Below, in pieces: positions 1 to 8,181 of a stretch of 64,000 nucleotides of DNA. The DNA is from Gemmatimonadota bacterium. GTDB lineage: Bacteria > Gemmatimonadota > Gemmatimonadetes > Gemmatimonadales > GWC2-71-9. The DNA lies in contig JBDHAB010000002.1 in assembly GCA_039588295.1 (NCBI GenBank), forward strand, positions 1 through 64,000, in the 5' to 3' direction. Positions within the stretch are counted from its first letter, which is position 1. Each line of letters begins with the position of its first letter. The notes beneath the pieces were generated by a model. That model had not been told where the DNA came from. It saw only the letters and a program-made list of their open reading frames with translations, and did no database searches. The translations under genes were made by a program, and so were the position numbers.

Positions 1-11
1 GAGCAACGGTC

Positions 12-275
12 ATGGGCAACGAAATTGAGCTTGGAGAGGCGGGTCGGCAGTACGCGGCGGCGCACGCTGCACACTATGTCGCACGCGATCTGCCTTTGGC
101 TCTCCAACTGTACCGGGCAGTCCTGGCATCGCACCCGAGCACGGAGGAAGCGGATTACTCCCGTACGCAGGTTCAGAACCTCGTCAACGCCGTTATTCCA
201 AAACAGGAACTGTTGGAGGCCCAAATGGAACTCGCCGTTGCCCACTTTGCCAGCACTGCTCTATCCGATGGATAG
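12..275 (+). CDS. small hypothetical helical (TPR-like) protein
   Basis: 87-aa ORF; the pattern AAHAAHY..DLPLALQLYRAVLASHP..EA looks like one TPR-like hairpin. Confidence 0.6.
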   Translation: MGNEIELGEAGRQYAAAHAAHYVARDLPLALQLYRAVLASHPSTEEADYSRTQVQNLVNAVIPKQELLEAQMELAVAHFASTALSDG

Positions 276-299
276 ATCCCGGCTCGTCCCCTTCCTGCC

Positions 300-554
300 A
301 TGGCCCAGCTCCCCGCTGATGCTGGAACGTGGGTGTCGGTTCTTCCTGTCCCCCGGGCCCGTTCGATCACGCAAAACTGCTGATCGTGGACGAAGGCCTG
401 GTCCCTGGTGGGCTCGGCCAACTGGGATCCGAGGAGCTTTCGCCTGAACTTCGAGTTCAATCTCGAGTGCTATGACCCCGACCTCGCTGGTAGCCTCGCC
501 CGCCTGGCCGACGACAGGGTCACACGGGGCCGACCGCTCACGCTGGCGGTGTGA
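300..554 (+). pseudogene. cls: C-terminal fragment of cardiolipin synthase / phospholipase D family gene, frameshifted
   Basis: Joining frames across about three +1 shifts (near 315, 360, 396) gives MAQLP-LMLERGCRFFLSPG-PFDHAKLLIVDE-AWSLVGSANWDPRSFRLNFEFNLECYDPDLA, the second HxKxxxxD and GSANWD..S..LNFE motif of Cls. No N-terminal half is present. Confidence 0.8.
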
Positions 555-747
555 TCGCAGCATCGTTTGCTCATCCCGCCCGCCGCCCATAACAGCCACG
601 TCTTTGACCACATACCCTTTCCGTTCGCTACCCCACTTCCTCCGGATTCGGTGCCACAGCCCGCCGCGCTGCTCTCGCAGCTACCCACCAGGTCCGGTCA
701 AGCCGGTTTCCCCGCGGAGGGTATCGGTCGGGCTCGTCCGAGCGCAG

Positions 748-1362
748 CTATCTGGGGCATGCCACCGTCAGACCCGACTTGAGGTCGTCGTGCGTTCCAA
801 CACCGGAACGAATGCGCAACAGCTCCACGCGAATCGCCTCGAGCGCGGCGATGGCCTCTTCGATCTGACGATTGACCGCGAGTCGCGTATCGTGCACGCC
901 GATCGGCGCTTCATCGGTTGGCCGATCCGGCGTCGGCTGCGGGGATCCCGGCGGTGTGACGTTCACGTCCGGTTGGTCCACCCCGAGATCGGCGGCGGCG
1001 CGCCCGGCCCGGAGCACTCCGATTCTGGCCTCCAACTCGCTGATCACCGCCAGCGTTTCCTCGCGTTGCGCCAGGCCACCGAGGTCGGCCAGGGCAGATC
1101 TGACCGCTTGGCTGAGGAGCGCCTCGGGTCGCCGGATGCTCGGACGCTCCGCAACGGGGACCCTCCCAAGCCCGATGGCGGCGAGTCGGAAGAACCGGCG
1201 ACCAAACGGGCCCAGCCACAGACCGTGTCGCGTCGACCGACCGACCCGGCTGCCCATTAGGCTGGAGACAGCCCATCCCACTGTTCCCAAAGCCAGGATG
1301 ATTCCGCTCACACCGAGCGACTTGAGTCCCAGACGCCGCGCGTCCGGCATGGCATGCGACAC
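748..1362 (-). pseudogene. orphan C-terminal (TM + helical) domain of the Ser/Thr kinase family seen at 30150..32042
   Basis: [25 protein letters not shown] and QIEEAIAALEAIRVELLRIRSGVGT align by eye to FWKGTLAKWLFKVAGIGL..RPTHRPTE and HLAEAVASLETVRLGLLRLTAGTGT. There is no kinase domain and the C-terminus is shorter. Confidence 0.6.
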
Positions 1363-1528
1363 GTGTACGATGCGGAACCAGACCTCGGGCTCGGCCCATC
1401 CCCGGCCGGATCTAATACTGTTACATTCGGGGAGCTCGGCAGGACCCAGGTACCCTCCTCCTTCCCGTTCTCGACGCCGGCTCGCTCACCCTTCGGCCGC
1501 GCCCGTCCTTCCCCTGCTTCAGGAGGTA

Positions 1529-2092
1529 ATGATGATTTCGGTGATGTCGCTGTGGCTTCCCATCTTGCTTTCGGCCGTGTTCGTGTTTGTGGTGAGCTCC
1601 ATCATTCACATGGTGTTCACCTACCACCGGAGCGACTTCGGCAAGGTGCCTGCCGAAGACGACGTCATGGACGCGCTCCGCAAGTTCAACATTCCCCCGG
1701 GGGACTACGTGATTCCCTGTGCGGGAAGCAGCGCGGAAATGAAGACACCCGAGTATACCGAGAAGACCATGAAGGGCCCGGTCGCCTTCATGACGGTGAT
1801 ACCGAGCGGTCCACCCGCCATGGGTGCGAGCCTAGCTCAGTGGTTCCTCTACTGCATCGTGGTCGGGATCTTCGCAGCCTACATCGCCAGTCGTGCACTT
1901 GATCCGGGTGCCCACTATCTGTCGGTATTCCGCTTCGCAGGCGCCACCGCGTTCGCCGGCTACGGCCTTGCGCTGTTGCAGAACTCCATTTGGTACAAGC
2001 GCTCTTGGAGTGCGACCCTCAAGTCGGTGTTTGACGGCTTGGTCTACGCGCTCCTGACGGCCGGCACATTCGGATGGATGTGGCCGTCCTAG
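1529..2092 (+). CDS. hypothetical integral membrane protein (about 4 TM)
   Basis: AGGAGG RBS at 1521-1526, ATG at 1529 or 1532; hydrophobic segments [52 protein letters not shown]. Confidence 0.85.
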   Translation: MMISVMSLWLPILLSAVFVFVVSSIIHMVFTYHRSDFGKVPAEDDVMDALRKFNIPPGDYVIPCAGSSAEMKTPEYTEKTMKGPVAFMTVIPSGPPAMGASLAQWFLYCIVVGIFAAYIASRALDPGAHYLSVFRFAGATAFAGYGLALLQNSIWYKRSWSATLKSVFDGLVYALLTAGTFGWMWPS

Positions 2093-2146
2093 CGGTCGGC
2101 CGTACGAACGCGGCCGGGTCTGAAGCAGTCGCGAGGTAACGGTGTC

Positions 2147-2767
2147 ATGGGTCGGCTGATGGCGGCCGTGTACGACCGATTCACTCGGGGCAGTGAAGAG
2201 GCGTGTCTCCGACAGTGGCGAGCAGACCTGCTACGCGACCTGACCGGGCACGTCCTCGAGGTGGGCGCCGGAACGGGCCTCAACATTCCCTTCTACCCGC
2301 AGTCGGTTTCTCGCCTGGTGCTCACTGATCCCGATCCTCACATGCGGCGCAAGCTCTCCAAGCGGGCCGCGACGCAGAACTTGGCTCGCGCAGAGGTGCT
2401 CGAAGCGTCCCTCGAGGACCTCCCGCTACCCGCCAACACGTTCGACGCTGTCGTTGCGACGCTGGTCCTGTGTTCGGTTGCACGGCCGGACCGCGCGCTG
2501 GCCGAGGTTTACCGCGTTCTCAAACCCCGTGGGCGGTTTGTGTTCCTCGAACACGTGGCCGCCCAGGACCGTCCACGACGCCTTAGGTGGCAGCACCGGG
2601 TCGAGCCAGTCTGGAAGCGGTTGTCCGGGAACTGCCACCTGACGCGGCGAACCGGCGATACCATCACGGCGAGCGGCTTCACGGTCCGTGACCTCAAGCG
2701 AGAGAGCATGCGGAAGGCGTGGGCGCTCGTGAGACCGACGATCAGGGGTGTTGCCGTCAAGGCGTAG
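2147..2767 (+). CDS. class I SAM-dependent methyltransferase
   Basis: VLEVGAGTG motif I, FDAVVATLVLCSV, VLKPRGRFVFLEH. Confidence 0.92.
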   Translation: MGRLMAAVYDRFTRGSEEACLRQWRADLLRDLTGHVLEVGAGTGLNIPFYPQSVSRLVLTDPDPHMRRKLSKRAATQNLARAEVLEASLEDLPLPANTFDAVVATLVLCSVARPDRALAEVYRVLKPRGRFVFLEHVAAQDRPRRLRWQHRVEPVWKRLSGNCHLTRRTGDTITASGFTVRDLKRESMRKAWALVRPTIRGVAVKA

Positions 2768-2884
2768 GCGGGACTTGCAACTCGCGTGGGTGGAGTGGCG
2801 AACTCCGGCACTGGCGGCGCACGATCACGCGGAGCGAAAGCGTGTAAACGCATAAACAGCAAATGGTTACGAAACGGACCTCCC

Positions 2885-2900
2885 CGGTCCGTTCCTTGCT
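2885..2900 (+). promoter_or_regulatory. sigma54 (-24/-12) promoter candidate
   Basis: CGGTCCGTTCCTTGCT = GG-N10-GC with TTGC; IHF-like CAGCAAATGGTTA at 2857-2869; about 90 bp upstream of the coiled-coil gene. Confidence 0.55.
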
Positions 2901-2990
2901 TGAACATTGTCCTACTCGCAAATTACGTGTCGGCGCCCCGCGGCGAATCGGACCGGCGGGCTGGCGAAACCCGTGCGCGGAGATCGCACC

Positions 2991-5171
2991 ATGGCAGTCA
3001 GGATCAGCAAGATTTTCGGGAATGGTTCCCTGCCGGAGGAGATCCAGGGAGAGTTGCGGACCATCCTGCTGCAGATGCGGAACGAGCGAAACCACTTGGA
3101 GCAATTGGCAAAACGCACGGAGACCTCGTTCGAGCGAGCGCAGGATCTTTCTGAGCCAATCGCCAGAATAGAGCAGTCCCTGACCCAGCTCGAGGGGCGA
3201 CTCGCGTCGGTGGAACGGCTCACCGCTGACCTGTCGAACCTTCGTAGCGAAGCAGATGCACTCGCGGCGAACCAGCGCGAGCGGGCGGCCGACATTGGCG
3301 AGGTTGAGTTGCTCGCCAATGGCATTCGCGCTGACTTGGACGAGATCCGACCCGAGCTCCAAGAGATGAAGGGGCTGGCGACCGGCGCACTCGCTCTCAA
3401 GGCCGACCTGGCCGAGCTACTCGAACTGGGCGGTCGCCTGACGTCCATGCGTGACGACGCCTCCACGCTCTCACGGGAGCAGCACGAGCTGCGAGAGGAA
3501 ATGGCCGGCGTGCGCGAGCAGCAGGGAGAGGTGAACCGGCGTGGCGTGGACGCCCAAGCGCTCCTGGCTGAGCTCGAGTCGCGGTATCGAGAGCTCAGTG
3601 CCGGCTTCGCGGAAACCGACGAACGCGCCCGGAAACTGGAGACCGCCGCGGACTCCCTGACCGAACTGGCAGACGGCATCCCGAACGTGCGTCGCGATCT
3701 CGGCACGCTCAAGGCCCTCGGGGACTACGTCTCACAGAAGATCTCAGAGGTCGAACAGCAGCGCGAAGCGGTCGAGCACGCCGCGAGTCAGGGAGAACGG
3801 CTGGCAGAGCTGATACGACGAGTCGACCGCGACATCCAAGAGCAGCAGCAGAATGTCAAGTTCCTGGCCCAGTCTCGCGAGGACATCGAGAAGCTGAAGA
3901 CACAACACGCTGAACTGCTGGCACAAACGGATGCAATGATGGCACAGCACGAGCAGATCGCCTCGGAAGATGCATCCCAGCGACAAGAATTGATGAACCT
4001 GCGGGACGGGATGAACAACGAGATCCGTGACGCGCTCAGCCGATTCGCATTCGAGCGGCAAGGAGTGGACGCAGCCAGCACCCAGATCGCCGATCTCCGG
4101 CGAGTGCTCGGCGAGGTCGAGCAACGCTTCCAGTCCTTTGGGGACACGCGCGATTCCGTGACCGAACTCAAGGCCGACATCGATCAGCTGGCCGAGCGCA
4201 CCAAGACCGTTCGCAGCGAGCTTGCGGGCCTCGAGGCCGAGGCCGGGCGGGTGCGTGCCGTCCACTCGGACGTCGAGCGCGCCGAGCGGACCATGGAGGA
4301 GTTCACGCGGCGGCTGGCTGAGGTCCGCGAGCCGGCCATGAGTTCGGTGGAGGAGGCCGAAGGACGTCTCGCAGACGTGGAGGCGGGCATGCAGTCGCTC
4401 GAAGCCCGCTCAAAGGACTTAGACGGGTTCACGGAGCGCGTGCGCACGCTCGCCCTCGAAATGGAGCAGCGCGAGCGATCACTGGAGCAAACGCTCGCCC
4501 GACTGGACAGCGTCGCCGCCTTGCGAGAGGACGCAGGCACGACGGTTGAACATTTGAAGCGGCAGCTCTCCGAGCTGACCGCGTCGCTGGCCGGGGCAGA
4601 TCAGCGCCTTGCGCAGGCGCGCGAACTCAGCAGCGAGCTCGCCGGCAGGAGCGTGGACTTCCAGCAAGTGCGCGAACACATGATCCGATTTGAGGAGCGA
4701 CTGGCGAATTGGGACGCAACGGAGTCAGTGGTCGCGCAAGCGCTGGACGCCGCCTCGGAGCGCAAGGCCACGGTCGAGGCGCTCCGGACCGACATTCAAC
4801 GCTTGTTCGACGTTGCTGGCCAAACCACGGAGAACGTCCGCGCCATCACCTCAGCCCGAGAGGAGATCCAGGGAAGTCGGGACATGCTCGACGGCATCGT
4901 GGCGCAGCTGCGGTCGGTACAGGAAGAGTCGGACCAACTCGAGCGACGCAAACGGCAATTGGACGGCGTCGAGGACCAGGTCGCCCGAGTCGAAGCCCTC
5001 ATGATCGACATCCGCGCGAGCCTGGACACCTTGCACCGCCAGAAAGTGTTCCTGGACCAAGTCATGGAGACCGCGGGGTCGCTCCGCTTTCAAACGAGGC
5101 ACGCGGAAGCACTTATCGAGTCACTCCGCGATGAGGCGGCCAGGACCAGACTTCCACCAAGTTCCGAGTAA
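2991..5171 (+). CDS. long coiled-coil protein (726 aa), unknown function
   Basis: GGAG before ATG 2991; E/L/R/A-rich heptad pattern throughout; no Walker A motif, TM helix or signal peptide. Confidence 0.85.
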   Translation: MAVRISKIFGNGSLPEEIQGELRTILLQMRNERNHLEQLAKRTETSFERAQDLSEPIARIEQSLTQLEGRLASVERLTADLSNLRSEADALAANQRERAADIGEVELLANGIRADLDEIRPELQEMKGLATGALALKADLAELLELGGRLTSMRDDASTLSREQHELREEMAGVREQQGEVNRRGVDAQALLAELESRYRELSAGFAETDERARKLETAADSLTELADGIPNVRRDLGTLKALGDYVSQKISEVEQQREAVEHAASQGERLAELIRRVDRDIQEQQQNVKFLAQSREDIEKLKTQHAELLAQTDAMMAQHEQIASEDASQRQELMNLRDGMNNEIRDALSRFAFERQGVDAASTQIADLRRVLGEVEQRFQSFGDTRDSVTELKADIDQLAERTKTVRSELAGLEAEAGRVRAVHSDVERAERTMEEFTRRLAEVREPAMSSVEEAEGRLADVEAGMQSLEARSKDLDGFTERVRTLALEMEQRERSLEQTLARLDSVAALREDAGTTVEHLKRQLSELTASLAGADQRLAQARELSSELAGRSVDFQQVREHMIRFEERLANWDATESVVAQALDAASERKATVEALRTDIQRLFDVAGQTTENVRAITSAREEIQGSRDMLDGIVAQLRSVQEESDQLERRKRQLDGVEDQVARVEALMIDIRASLDTLHRQKVFLDQVMETAGSLRFQTRHAEALIESLRDEAARTRLPPSSE

Positions 5172-5202
5172 GCCGTCCAGCGAGACAGCCCTGGACACGT
5201 GG

Positions 5203-5240
5203 CCAAGATATCTATATATTGCAATATTGGTATTACTTGG
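5203..5240. promoter_or_regulatory. AT-rich dyad operator upstream of the zinc-ribbon gene
   Basis: Perfect palindrome ATATTGCAATAT (5216-5227) with co-centred flanks CCAAG (5203) and CTTGG (5240), in an otherwise GC-rich region. Confidence 0.6.
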
Positions 5241-5272
5241 CTCCTATTACTCACCTCTCAGACGGGACGTCC

Positions 5273-5494
5273 GTGCCAGCTTACGATTACGTGTGCCGCG
5301 ACTGCGGCGCAGCATTCGAGATCCGCGCTTCGATGGCTGCCTATTCGGAAGGGCTGTCCCCCACGTGTTCAGCCTGTGAATCGAGTAACGCCGAGCGGAC
5401 GCTCGCGGCGGTGAGCCTGGTGACCGGGTCACGCGGCTCGGCAGGGTCGGCGGGCGCCGGGTGCGGTCCGACCGGCTTCAGCTGAGCGAGCTGA
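5273..5494 (+). CDS. FmdB-family zinc-ribbon protein, probable selenoprotein (Sec at TGA 5483-5485; ends at 5485 if not recoded)
   Basis: GTG start, PAYDYVCRDC..PTCSAC zinc ribbon, tail GCGPTGFS-TGA-AS-TGA, SECIS-like hairpin downstream. Confidence 0.85.
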
Positions 5495-5499
5495 CGCCG

Positions 5500-5517
5500 C
5501 CGCCCAGGTCTGGGCGG
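5500..5517 (+). promoter_or_regulatory. bacterial SECIS element candidate
   Basis: CCGCCCA-GGTC-TGGGCGG, a perfect 7-bp stem; the apical CAGGUCUG matches the E. coli fdhF SECIS; the loop starts 21 nt after the TGA. Confidence 0.7.
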
Positions 5518-5672
5518 GACCTGCACGAGAGACTCTGCGCAACGGGCTGGCCTTCACGGCGGCCCGTTGCGGTGTACGGAACTCGGTGCCGCTCGCCAGC
5601 CGTCGCCATCCCTGACACTTTCCAGAGTGGACGCACGTTGTGTGCGCTAGTCCTTTACCGCGAAGGAGGTTC

Positions 5673-6428
5673 GTGCTCGCTCTGACCGTTGCCGGCCGAA
5701 TGCTCCGAGAGCTGTGGCAAACGCGGCGGAGCCTCGTGTTCTGGGTGCTGTTCCCCAGCCTGATGCTGCTCCTGTTCGGATTGATCTATGCGGGCGACGG
5801 GTCGACGGCCGAGTCGTTCAACTACACGGCACCGGGCATACTGATCGGCGCGGCGTTCTTCTTTAGCTGCCTCGGCGGCCCTATCTCTGCCATCGTTGCC
5901 GAACGGGAACGCGGCACCTTGAAGCGACTGTTGCTTTCCCCGCTCTCAGGAACCTCCTATTTCCTTGGCGTCCTGCTCGCGTTTCTCGCCGTAGCGGCCG
6001 GCCAGACGGTGATTGTCTACGGCATCGCGTTCGCGTTTGGGGGATCATTCCACGGTTCAATCGTTCTCGGGATCGTCGTCATACTCGTGAGTGTGGCCTC
6101 GTACGTCGGGTTGGGATTCTTCTTCGGATCGCGGTTCGCCAAACGGACCGAGGAGGTGAACGGACCGGTCGCGGCAATCGGCGTACCGCTGCTCGTCTTG
6201 GGTGGAACGTTCTTCCCGTCTGCGACGCTCCCGAGCTACCTGTATCAGGCCGCGCACCTCAATCCGATCTTCCACATGAACGAGGCCATGGACGCGGTCT
6301 CGGCGGAGGGTCTGGGCTGGGCAGCGATCACGGACCATTTGATGTTCCTCACCGCGTTCGCGGCCCTCACCCTCGCGCTCGGCGTCCGCTCCTACCGGCA
6401 AATGTTGCAGCGGGAGCGCGTGCTCTAG
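5673..6428 (+). CDS. ABC-2 type transporter permease
   Basis: AAGGAGG RBS, GTG start; ERERGTLKRLLLSP motif, about 6 TM, GGTFFP..LP. Confidence 0.92.
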   Translation: MLALTVAGRMLRELWQTRRSLVFWVLFPSLMLLLFGLIYAGDGSTAESFNYTAPGILIGAAFFFSCLGGPISAIVAERERGTLKRLLLSPLSGTSYFLGVLLAFLAVAAGQTVIVYGIAFAFGGSFHGSIVLGIVVILVSVASYVGLGFFFGSRFAKRTEEVNGPVAAIGVPLLVLGGTFFPSATLPSYLYQAAHLNPIFHMNEAMDAVSAEGLGWAAITDHLMFLTAFAALTLALGVRSYRQMLQRERVL

Positions 6429-6431
6429 GCC

Positions 6432-7364
6432 ATGGCTTTCCTCGACGCCACCGATTTGACGCAGTCGTTCGGGTCGCGACAGGTCCTCGGCGGGTTGACG
6501 TTCGCCATTGAGCGTGGCGAGGTGTACGGGCTGGTGGGACCCAATGGCGCCGGCAAGACGACCACGATCAACATCGTGTGCAATCTCCTCGTGCCGGACC
6601 ACGGACACGTCCGGCTTGGCGGCGACCCGGTCTCTAGCCGCACGCGTAGCAAGATGGGCATTGGCACTCAAGACATCGCGTTGTACCGAGACCTGACGTG
6701 CACGCAGAACCTCGAGTTCTTCGGCAAGCTGTACGGCTTGCGCGGCAGTCACCTTGGCCAGCGGGTGGCGGAATGCCTGACGGCAGTCGCGCTCGACGAT
6801 CGCGACGCGACCGTGGCCTCGCATCTCAGTGGCGGGATGCAACGTCGGCTCCACGTGGCCGTGGCGCTGTTGCACCAGCCACAGCTACTCATTCTCGATG
6901 AGCCCACGGTCGGGCTCGATTTGGAGTCCCGCCGTCAAACATGGGAGCTGATCGGGTCCCTGGCGCGGCACGGCAGTGCAGTCCTGCTTACTACGCACCA
7001 CCTCGAAGAAGCCGAGGTACTCTGTAACCGCATCGGGATTCTGCATGACGGTCGTCTCGGCGCCGAGGGCACGATGACACAACTCCGCCAGCTCGTCGCG
7101 GCCGCAGAGCTTGCGGACGTCGTAGCGGACGATCTCGAAGGCGTCCGCCGCTGCGCACGAGCCCTGGGATGGACACATCGCCAATCATCAGGATCGATCA
7201 CGCTCTGGCTCCCCGAGCGGCTCTCGCTCGAAGAGGTAGCCGGGCGTCTGGCCGGCGTTGCCCTGCGATCCCTTTCGCTCAGGCCTGTGCGATTGGAGGA
7301 TGTCTTCAGGGAGGTGACCAGACAGACCCCCCACCCCTTGTCCGGTACGGCAGCCCCCGAGTAA
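6432..7364 (+). CDS. ABC transporter ATP-binding protein
   Basis: Walker A GPNGAGKTT, signature LSGGM, Walker B LILDEPT, H-loop TTHH. Confidence 0.95.
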   Translation: MAFLDATDLTQSFGSRQVLGGLTFAIERGEVYGLVGPNGAGKTTTINIVCNLLVPDHGHVRLGGDPVSSRTRSKMGIGTQDIALYRDLTCTQNLEFFGKLYGLRGSHLGQRVAECLTAVALDDRDATVASHLSGGMQRRLHVAVALLHQPQLLILDEPTVGLDLESRRQTWELIGSLARHGSAVLLTTHHLEEAEVLCNRIGILHDGRLGAEGTMTQLRQLVAAAELADVVADDLEGVRRCARALGWTHRQSSGSITLWLPERLSLEEVAGRLAGVALRSLSLRPVRLEDVFREVTRQTPHPLSGTAAPE

Positions 7365-7433
7365 CAGTCCGAACGATCCTCCTGTTCTGTTCAATCAATT
7401 TGCGCGTCAGGCGATTGACACCGACCAATGCAA

Positions 7434-7462
7434 GAGGACCCGGCGCACGGCACCGGGTCCTC
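7434..7462 (-). terminator. intrinsic terminator hairpin between the convergent ABC and hsp20 genes
   Basis: GAGGACCCGG / CCGGGTCCTC 10-bp inverted repeat. Confidence 0.7.
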
Positions 7463-7491
7463 GCGTCCTTCAGGCTCGATTCTGCTGCGGA

Positions 7492-7965
7492 TTAGTTCCT
7501 CTCCAACCGACCCCGCTCACCAACTTTCACCTCAATGCGCCGTGGCTTTGCCGCCTCCGCCTTCGGCAGCGTCACCGTGAGCACCCCATCAGCGAACTCC
7601 GCGTTCACCTTCTCGGCCTCGATCGTTCGGGGGAGCGTGAACCGACGCTCGAACCGACCATAGCGCCGTTCGACCAAGTGGTACTCAGAGTTCTCGTTGC
7701 CCTCCTCAGTTTCCTGGCGCTTCTGACCGCTGATGCTGAGAACACCGTTTTCGACGCTCACGTCGACATCCTGGGGCTTCAGTCCGGGAAGCTCCGCGTG
7801 CAGAACGAGGCCGTCCTCGCTCTCCCTGACGTCGACCACCGGGCACCAACCAGCACTCACATTCGTGTCGGTCCGGCCAAGCAAGCGGTCGAACTCGTGC
7901 CGGAGATTGAACGTGTCATCCCAGAGGCTGGGAGCCTCTCTGCGCCAAATCGTCGGGTACATCAT
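7492..7965 (-). CDS. Hsp20/alpha-crystallin small heat shock protein
   Basis: PVVDVRE..AELPG..VENGVLSISG..ERRYGRFERRFTLP..DGVLTVTLPK and IEV tail; AGGAGG RBS. Confidence 0.95.
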   Translation of the reverse strand: MMYPTIWRREAPSLWDDTFNLRHEFDRLLGRTDTNVSAGWCPVVDVRESEDGLVLHAELPGLKPQDVDVSVENGVLSISGQKRQETEEGNENSEYHLVERRYGRFERRFTLPRTIEAEKVNAEFADGVLTVTLPKAEAAKPRRIEVKVGERGRLERN

Positions 7966-8066
7966 GCTGCTAATCCTCCTGGGCAATGCCCAAAATGACG
8001 TGAACCACTTCAACCTGTTTTCACTCGGCGTCGCCGGAGCCTACCGGCAACGGCAGCCCCCGATAT

Positions 8067-8082
8067 CGCAATCCGAATGCCA
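8067..8082 (-). promoter_or_regulatory. sigma54 promoter of hsp20
   Basis: Minus strand TGGCATTCGGATTGCG, a near-consensus -24/-12 element. Confidence 0.75.
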
Positions 8083-8181
8083 TCCAGAACAAGCCAAAGC
8101 GGCAGAACGAAGTGCTTCGAGCGGGGCTGGCCTGCCAAGGCTACAGCACCGGTCTGTCAAAATGGATTCTTCGACAGGAAC

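Noticed and set aside
872..1528. N-terminal extension of ORF 872..2092; also the extensions of ORFs 13909, 25883-26911, 41113-41961 and 58097-60055
   Set aside because: They overlap other genes and are low-complexity; better RBS/start pairs lie downstream
2991..5171. SMC / chromosome segregation ATPase call
   Set aside because: No Walker A/B, signature motif or hinge; coiled coil only
5492..5494. Second in-frame TGA as another Sec codon
   Set aside because: Only 12 nt from the hairpin loop, likely too close for SECIS function; treated as the true stop
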